The notes beneath the pieces were generated by a model. It was not told the DNA's origin. It was given only the letters and a program-made list of their open reading frames with translations, and made no database searches. A DNA stretch of 64,000 bases, from contig CAIOAT010000047.1 in the NCBI GenBank assembly GCA_903856085.1, forward strand, positions 20,634 to 84,633. The letters are read 5' to 3'. A program made the translations under genes and the position numbers. Below are positions 60,201 through 64,000 of this stretch, in pieces. Position 1 is the first letter of the stretch, and the number at the start of each line of letters is the position of its first letter. This DNA is from Candidatus Omnitrophota bacterium (GTDB lineage: Bacteria > Omnitrophota > Omnitrophia > Omnitrophales > Aquincolibacteriaceae).

Positions 60201-63200
60201 CCAAGGCACGGCTACAGCGGCAACAACCGCTGCGGGAATGGCTGCTCTTGCCCATTTGTTCTCTGTCAGGAACCGCGATGTCTTCGTCAGCATTTGAGAC
60301 GCGCTGAATTTGAATTTTTTCCACCCGCGCTGGAACCGGCTTGCACCTTCGGACTCTGTTTTCTGGTAGTCAAGCCAGAACTTTCTCTGCGTCTGATAAT
60401 CCTTCTGATCACGTTCGAATTGACTGATCATTCCGTCATAGATCCGGTGCATTTCACGAAGGATCTTGGGATCAGAAACCTTGCCCATGGCTAATTGAAC
60501 CAATGCCACGGAGAAGGCCTGTTCGCGGTTCCGATCAAGGGACGCGGCATTGCGGGCGGTAAGCGCCGTGCGGAAGTCGGCCACGGACAACGCTCTGGCG
60601 TCAAAGACCGTTTCCTCCTGGAAATTCCCGAACTTGGCGAGGTAATCAAGCGCCGTGGAATCGATCTCAGCGGCGTTGTAAAAACCAAGATCAATCATCT
60701 GCCGAACGAAGAACAGGGCTTCTTTTGAAGCATCGCCCGCTTCACCTTGAGGGACTAATCCGAGCAATTTCTGCAGCATGCTGTTGAGTTGCCCCCCTTG
60801 CGGTTCCCCGAGACGCTTGGCAAGCGCTGACACGAGCGCGAGGATCTTCTCGCCCTGCGAATTGAGGTTACCTTGAGCGTCGAATCCTCCGTTGGCTTCA
60901 ATGAGCTCCCGATGGGCGGCTGCTAATGCTTCCGCTGCCGCGGTTTCCGCCGTTACGTCAAGCGTCTGGGCCGCCCTTTCCATTCCCTCCCGGGTCTGGA
61001 TCGCTGCCTGCATTCCTGCAGAGGCACGAGGCGCAGTCTGGGTCGCCTTCATATCATGGGGACCAACCACCTGACCCGCAACTTCCACAAACCGGACAAT
61101 GTCGCCCTGTGAACCGACGCCTTCGTCATGTTTGTGCTGACGTTCAAATTCCTGGGCCTTCGCAAGAAGCTCCTGATAGGTTTTTTGATCCTGTATCCGA
61201 GCCTCAAGTTCCTTGAGGCGGTTACCTTGCTCTTCGCTAGGTGTCGCAAGCCCCTTCAGTTGCCCGAGCTCGGTCATTTCCGCGGCTGTCAGCTGATCGA
61301 ACCACACGGGATCGATATCTTTTAAGCCCTGGAGGCGACGGAACTCGGTTGTTTCTTCGGCCGTCATTTTCGCACCGGCAAGTTTCAGCACGATCTCAGC
61401 ATTCGCGGTGAGGGCCCGTTCCGCCACCAGCAGTTTGTTTTCCGGGGAGACAACGGACGAGTCACTCACTTCCGTCCACAGCTCACGAGCCTCATCCAGC
61501 ATCCGGTTGAGCCTCATTTGAAGCACATCCACGGCCTCCGACTCTTTCTTCGGCCGTTCCCAGCTATCGTTTTTACTGAGAGAATTCTGGATCTCCATCA
61601 GTTTTTGAGCGAAAAATCCCTGCTCCTCTGGGGTCTTGGAATTCTGGATAAGCTGACGGAAGAAATTTTCGGCTTCGGCTTCCAACGCTTCCATCATGCT
61701 GTTAAAGGTGGCCCGCTCGCCCTCAGGATCGTTTTCCGCATTCATCCAGGTCCAAAAAGCCTGGATCCGCTCGGCATCGGTCTTGGCCTCTTCGATCTTC
61801 CCTCCGAATCTTTTTCCGACCGCCACAATGTAAGGCGAAGGCACTTTAAAATCCTGGAGAGAAAAGACCTGATCCAGCTTGGTGCCAAAATAGATCTTCA
61901 TCCTGTCGTTCAGGTTCTGGTTCTGGGCCGCCAATTTTTCATTGGAGAAGCGCTCATGATTGCCGAGGTAATTGAACTGCCAGACGTAGGGGGCTTCACG
62001 CGAAGGCACATCGCCTTTTCTATACACGGACTCGCCGGTAGCCGTATTGATCTCCCAGTAACCCACGGCTTGCCCCTTCACGAGGTCACGGACGACCGCG
62101 ATCAGAGCTCCGTCGCCCATTCCGACAAACTGCCCTTTATTATCCTTCAGGAATTCTGTCGCGGTTCCCGCTTCAGCCTTATGAATAATGCCTTTTTCGT
62201 CCGTATAAGTGAGCGCGTCATGACTATAGGCATAATGAGCAAACTCGTCCAGTTTGGCTGCGACACCGCGGAGACGTCCCAACAACTGGTCCAGCATTTC
62301 CATGTCCACGCCTTCACCGACAAGCATTGCCGGCACCGTCGTGTTATCCATCATCATGCTGAACCCAACCGTTCTTTGCGTAAACAGAACCCGGCGCTTC
62401 GTACTGAGCTCCGTTCCGGCCAACTGCTGTCCTAACCTCTCCGCGAACCATTGGTTTTTAAGTTCTTTATACTCCGTCGCGTCTCCTTGTTCACTTATGA
62501 GCACCGGCACTTCATAGCCCGACCCATCCGCCTTCAGGCGGTAAACCTTGAAGCCGCCTTCTTCGTCGATAACCACCTCTTCAATCTTGTGAGCCAGAGC
62601 CTCCCGCAAAACCTCCCCGATAGCATTGGTCACATGGTCTTGTGTCACCGCACTAAAAATAGCAAGATTCTTTGGTTGACCGTCCGCCTCCATGGATTTC
62701 ATATATTTTTCGAAGACATTTCCGATAGCCTTCCGGATGTCGCCCGCCCCCGAGATCTGATAACCATGCAACCGGGCTTCGGCATTAAGCGCCATATACC
62801 GCTGTGCCGCGCGAACCGTAGCGGAAACGACCCCGAAAATAGCCCGGAACGACTGCCCGAATTTTTGCACCGTCGCGGACGTAAAAATGGCATTACCGCC
62901 AAGCCGGCGGATACTGTCGACTATGATGCTCAGTTGGGTTTGAAGTCCAAACCCCGATACTTCCACATTCCGCTGCGGGTTCGCCTCAGCGCCCTCCAGA
63001 GGCTTGAAGATCATTTCAAGCGCAACGGAATAGGATGCGGAATGGAAAGTCATCCTGGGTTCGGCCTTGTTCTGGGAAAAGGGTGCTACTTTATAGATCC
63101 ATTTCTTATTCCCCTGTTTATCCTGCGTCTCGTACCAAACCACCGTAACGCCTTGCCCGCCCTCAGCCCGCTGGCTCTGCATCAAAGCCATCGCCCACTG

Positions 63201-64000
63201 ATTCGCTGCATCACGGACATCCCGATGCGCAATATCTTGAGACTCGTTGAACTTCTGCCATGTCTCTTCGGGGGTTTTACCCTTGAATTTTCCACCGCCC
63301 ACCTCTTCGGCGATGAAGGCCTGGAAAGCGTCGGTGAACATAAAACGCTTGTTCGGAAATTCCTTAACCACTTCACGCATTTTGAGGTTCAAAACATTGG
63401 CGATCGCTTTAGCGGTCAGAACCCTCTTCTCCAGCTCCGAGTATTCTTTGGTTAAATTAACAAGCTCATCGAGTCTGGACTTCTGTTCTTTGGACAGGCT
63501 GGGCAATGCCTCGAGAGTTGCTTTTTCGGTCTCATGCTGCGTTTTTTGTTCGGTCAGCCATTTGAAGCGATCCACTTCGCTGGGAGTCTTGGCGCCCGGA
63601 CGGTCCTTGAGGACCAGCTTACTTAATTCTTTCCAAGCCTGGGTAGCGCTCATCGAAAAAGCTTTGTCTGTCTTCGGATCCGTCCACTCGATCGGAATGC
63701 CCTCTTTATCAAGCCATTTCAGGAGCAAAGTCCGTATCAGCGCGCCGTTTCTGGCTTCCGTGACAGTCGCTCCCCGGGTCCCGCCACCTTCGCGGAAATG
63801 CTTATTAAAGAGCAACTGCGATTCATCAAAAAGCGCGAGTGAGCGACCGAAAATTTCCTGGAAAGCCGTCTGGACCTCGGGAGATTTGATCGTCCCTAAC
63901 GTAAGGAAACCCAGTGAGCTGAAGGTGATATCGACGATCTTAGCGTTCGTGATCCGGCTCAGTATATCCGTTACGACAGCCGCATCCCCGCTTTGCAGTT
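54243..64000 (-). CDS. Giant multidomain membrane protein, C-terminal part (at least 3251 aa, 5'-truncated): SecA-like SF2 domain, TM clusters, three HExxH motifs, GNAT domain
   Basis: Manual translation of 63816-63998 has no stop, so the frame runs off the window and the TTG at 63815 is not the start. Motif details are in the findings. Confidence 0.9.
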   Translation of the reverse strand, partial: LQSGDAAVVTDILSRITNAKIVDITFSSLGFLTLGTIKSPEVQTAFQEIFGRSLALFDESQLLFNKHFREGGGTRGATVTEARNGALIRTLLLKWLDKEGIPIEWTDPKTDKAFSMSATQAWKELSKLVLKDRPGAKTPSEVDRFKWLTEQKTQHETEKATLEALPSLSKEQKSRLDELVNLTKEYSELEKRVLTAKAIANVLNLKMREVVKEFPNKRFMFTDAFQAFIAEEVGGGKFKGKTPEETWQKFNESQDIAHRDVRDAANQWAMALMQSQRAEGGQGVTVVWYETQDKQGNKKWIYKVAPFSQNKAEPRMTFHSASYSVALEMIFKPLEGAEANPQRNVEVSGFGLQTQLSIIVDSIRRLGGNAIFTSATVQKFGQSFRAIFGVVSATVRAAQRYMALNAEARLHGYQISGAGDIRKAIGNVFEKYMKSMEADGQPKNLAIFSAVTQDHVTNAIGEVLREALAHKIEEVVIDEEGGFKVYRLKADGSGYEVPVLISEQGDATEYKELKNQWFAERLGQQLAGTELSTKRRVLFTQRTVGFSMMMDNTTVPAMLVGEGVDMEMLDQLLGRLRGVAAKLDEFAHYAYSHDALTYTDEKGIIHKAEAGTATEFLKDNKGQFVGMGDGALIAVVRDLVKGQAVGYWEINTATGESVYRKGDVPSREAPYVWQFNYLGNHERFSNEKLAAQNQNLNDRMKIYFGTKLDQVFSLQDFKVPSPYIVAVGKRFGGKIEEAKTDAERIQAFWTWMNAENDPEGERATFNSMMEALEAEAENFFRQLIQNSKTPEEQGFFAQKLMEIQNSLSKNDSWERPKKESEAVDVLQMRLNRMLDEARELWTEVSDSSVVSPENKLLVAERALTANAEIVLKLAGAKMTAEETTEFRRLQGLKDIDPVWFDQLTAAEMTELGQLKGLATPSEEQGNRLKELEARIQDQKTYQELLAKAQEFERQHKHDEGVGSQGDIVRFVEVAGQVVGPHDMKATQTAPRASAGMQAAIQTREGMERAAQTLDVTAETAAAEALAAAHRELIEANGGFDAQGNLNSQGEKILALVSALAKRLGEPQGGQLNSMLQKLLGLVPQGEAGDASKEALFFVRQMIDLGFYNAAEIDSTALDYLAKFGNFQEETVFDARALSVADFRTALTARNAASLDRNREQAFSVALVQLAMGKVSDPKILREMHRIYDGMISQFERDQKDYQTQRKFWLDYQKTESEGASRFQRGWKKFKFSASQMLTKTSRFLTENKWARAAIPAAVVAAVAVPWAGLIFGVALLPLLLGSAVAVTLGTVLGVSLMDAFQFGKARYDSLGDVRKVAIKLVGDKQAFGDEAAYEAAIWKTMFAFLNLAHVIHWDHQSAYRNADELQEYAAKNPKVLKLSLTELDQLIKQKRDFVDARLGSKTGVDDVLASMRQSLIEKALKDQAARKAEGQPVDEAADDAKLKAEIAALENLRPVIANLQSNQGRYALAAELTMGQKWSWKIATMIGNYGLLTSGSIGLGLVAATLAVAVTLGPTLLVSVLAAPLLPAALVFMSGWASGLAMGVALSTWLIKRDNKFRTEKGEFGNLMMISRAFGRVVGGFFSTEFRRQMVLSDIMKAIREQKVPVNSWTALMLAYVAIQNAPKAELMQRIKAGEKLVPEIELNSVVRQVEQESNEAKKELEQIGKQTNLTIFQLLEIRTLFEQLSAIEDKNSAAAQEIQGKLQKAVEPLQIAGVSTEDVVKFGRAYTEIEKARTIMDSKLREEMQGRLDAIAPGLSDLLLSINRENRDRRKGQDFLRSDILHFARNKDRAVTLVGEPPLELSEDVLNARLGIIDQINDQIVNGLNSPENSPENLKAREELAKILNVKMPAGSAITPEMLIGIKVVTASPSENLDVPIPELAFRKGDAEFISFAKSLAERDGKMWESLSVREQEVYYRRAYMIQENISDHPTLSVVMPYKIEKQLRAAGWMPVTNPGWFGSNTQSVGTFKGTIFEKLPVILLSEQYYQPSWLHETIHFNDPRGLEGSDFRDTDQNLLEELLTFYAQQHGRVYDPDEAHIYDRREIVEKLRLYTDPKNPSGYVVGWREKAARAMRERVQQALDSLFRLEDILKEQDQPGTEFAAALQAHNITVSGIVARIRRNATSLDDLIAFHQFRSVDDLMRVVMDGLGGYFIPRNFTSQQTAELINNLIAEGRVDWAQALLRRDAANRLYAAMDLERMRLRSPAGHADQSLTVLTNPSRAEFERYAFEVRTSLKGNYADAVRNGLALNGRNIRSWDELVFCGTSDCISEMTAVYFRMGQPGIRRTLAPVSRDEVMRDQSRRKYLSDRFSIRFLTPEGELLDPEMIKNLDPRNANALLALVIETLENNPAISGTGRPSAWRLLRPLLDPYLSEAAKNDLDALAAAGNWADYESTLMLSLKVALTSVFGSDAAAQKLRGLRGMISILEHREKDQMLQKLNSTDANVKREAVKWILENLDDSLDHLISRYGLNEETLMHASFQPKANGVGGNIILDPQHLPAGFFMEDGESGASEPFGKPQQYLRYTFMLNNYEKHTAIHEEGHDLDNLHAFDYDGRIYGFRDKQDFMFKKASLIGAELHSFLREIFASPEWIAMQKMTDLQAQEAERKHLIASHISMIATQFLPGYLEKVARNLTDTSYAGFSLSADEAKMVKEQLAMFAMDILGRMGADPMLAAGSDAQKFSAQFLAKFRGELVKNETLNMKETGLPGSFRALNSASGDRIRQAIAVSDETGKQNELTDFSAESFAKILQADAASGFSMVYEVNGKVQGYLLAAPIQGDMAYIYNVGVAQAAQGSGLGTAMIYGLAKNLSERGFSSVPIALSVEPKNTKAIKLYERLGFSKAGERKGEDGREYIDYIAPASVVMQKSVEKMNSPRAELRDEPEVLRSVEAPRSEAKRVSASEVAPAELNSADKVARAAYDMAKNYKGNHWAGANWKMATTPEERELIQGHVGYFRNGGVVLNGDKLADYTKALASETLSKLELANLERRVQFTLAWGMVHENSHALPENQRLGDLEQEFLAYEDTAAFMGSLLANHPEIATEDPEFAASIRSQIDLIKALVSMARNKSETLQPFDAKMVEIAQQIIVNGSVEKMKTLDAMAARTNPYVFVVGDKNFEDVPGVRVIAPDKIGAEIPEIVAKLKLRGVSPEHVIFLGNALSLDQVREAVQSKGYKGTFVYPPEWAETPEGRQSLAAATNAIATIGIDLVIDHAGIKNPKVGNDYAVAAFFANQFMKALLGEVAAQKSVATAA

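Noticed and set aside
61518-63455. 305-aa and 334-aa + strand ORFs opposite the giant gene
   Set aside because: Antisense shadows with no recognisable motifs.
63813-63815. TTG start assigned to the giant ORF
   Set aside because: The frame continues without a stop to the window edge and encodes SecA-like motifs upstream of this codon.

Overview
This 64-kb bacterial chromosome segment carries about 53 co-directional + strand housekeeping genes (1-53468), in this order: the tail of an AT-rich glycosyltransferase locus, ugtP-like GT, UDG, priA, ppnP, def-fmt, gap-pgk-tpiA-secG, recG-rsmD-coaD, the rpmF-plsX-fab cluster, smc, pgsA-plsY-recA-recX-alaS, a fused his/trp cluster, a PAS kinase/sigma54 activator pair, dnaK, a MoxR-DUF58-Bat (VWA) cluster and yqeY. 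A clear 28-bp dif (XerCD) site follows at 53513-53540, and gene orientation flips after it. The last 9.8 kb is the C-terminal part (at least 3251 aa, open to the window edge) of a giant minus-strand protein. It holds a degenerate SecA-like SF2 domain, two clusters of hydrophobic helices, three HExxH zincin-like motifs, a GNAT domain and R-[AS]-E-x-R-type linkers. This architecture suggests a PVC-group organism such as Candidatus Omnitrophota (inference, not verified). The best candidates for something undescribed are the giant SecA-like/protease/GNAT polyprotein, an interlocked four-stem leader upstream of a trypanosome/spirochete-like gap, an apparent sigma54 enhancer-IHF-promoter in front of dnaK, and a translational-coupling mini-ORF flanked by 13-bp direct repeats between batA and batB. 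All calls come from motif reading; no database searches were run.
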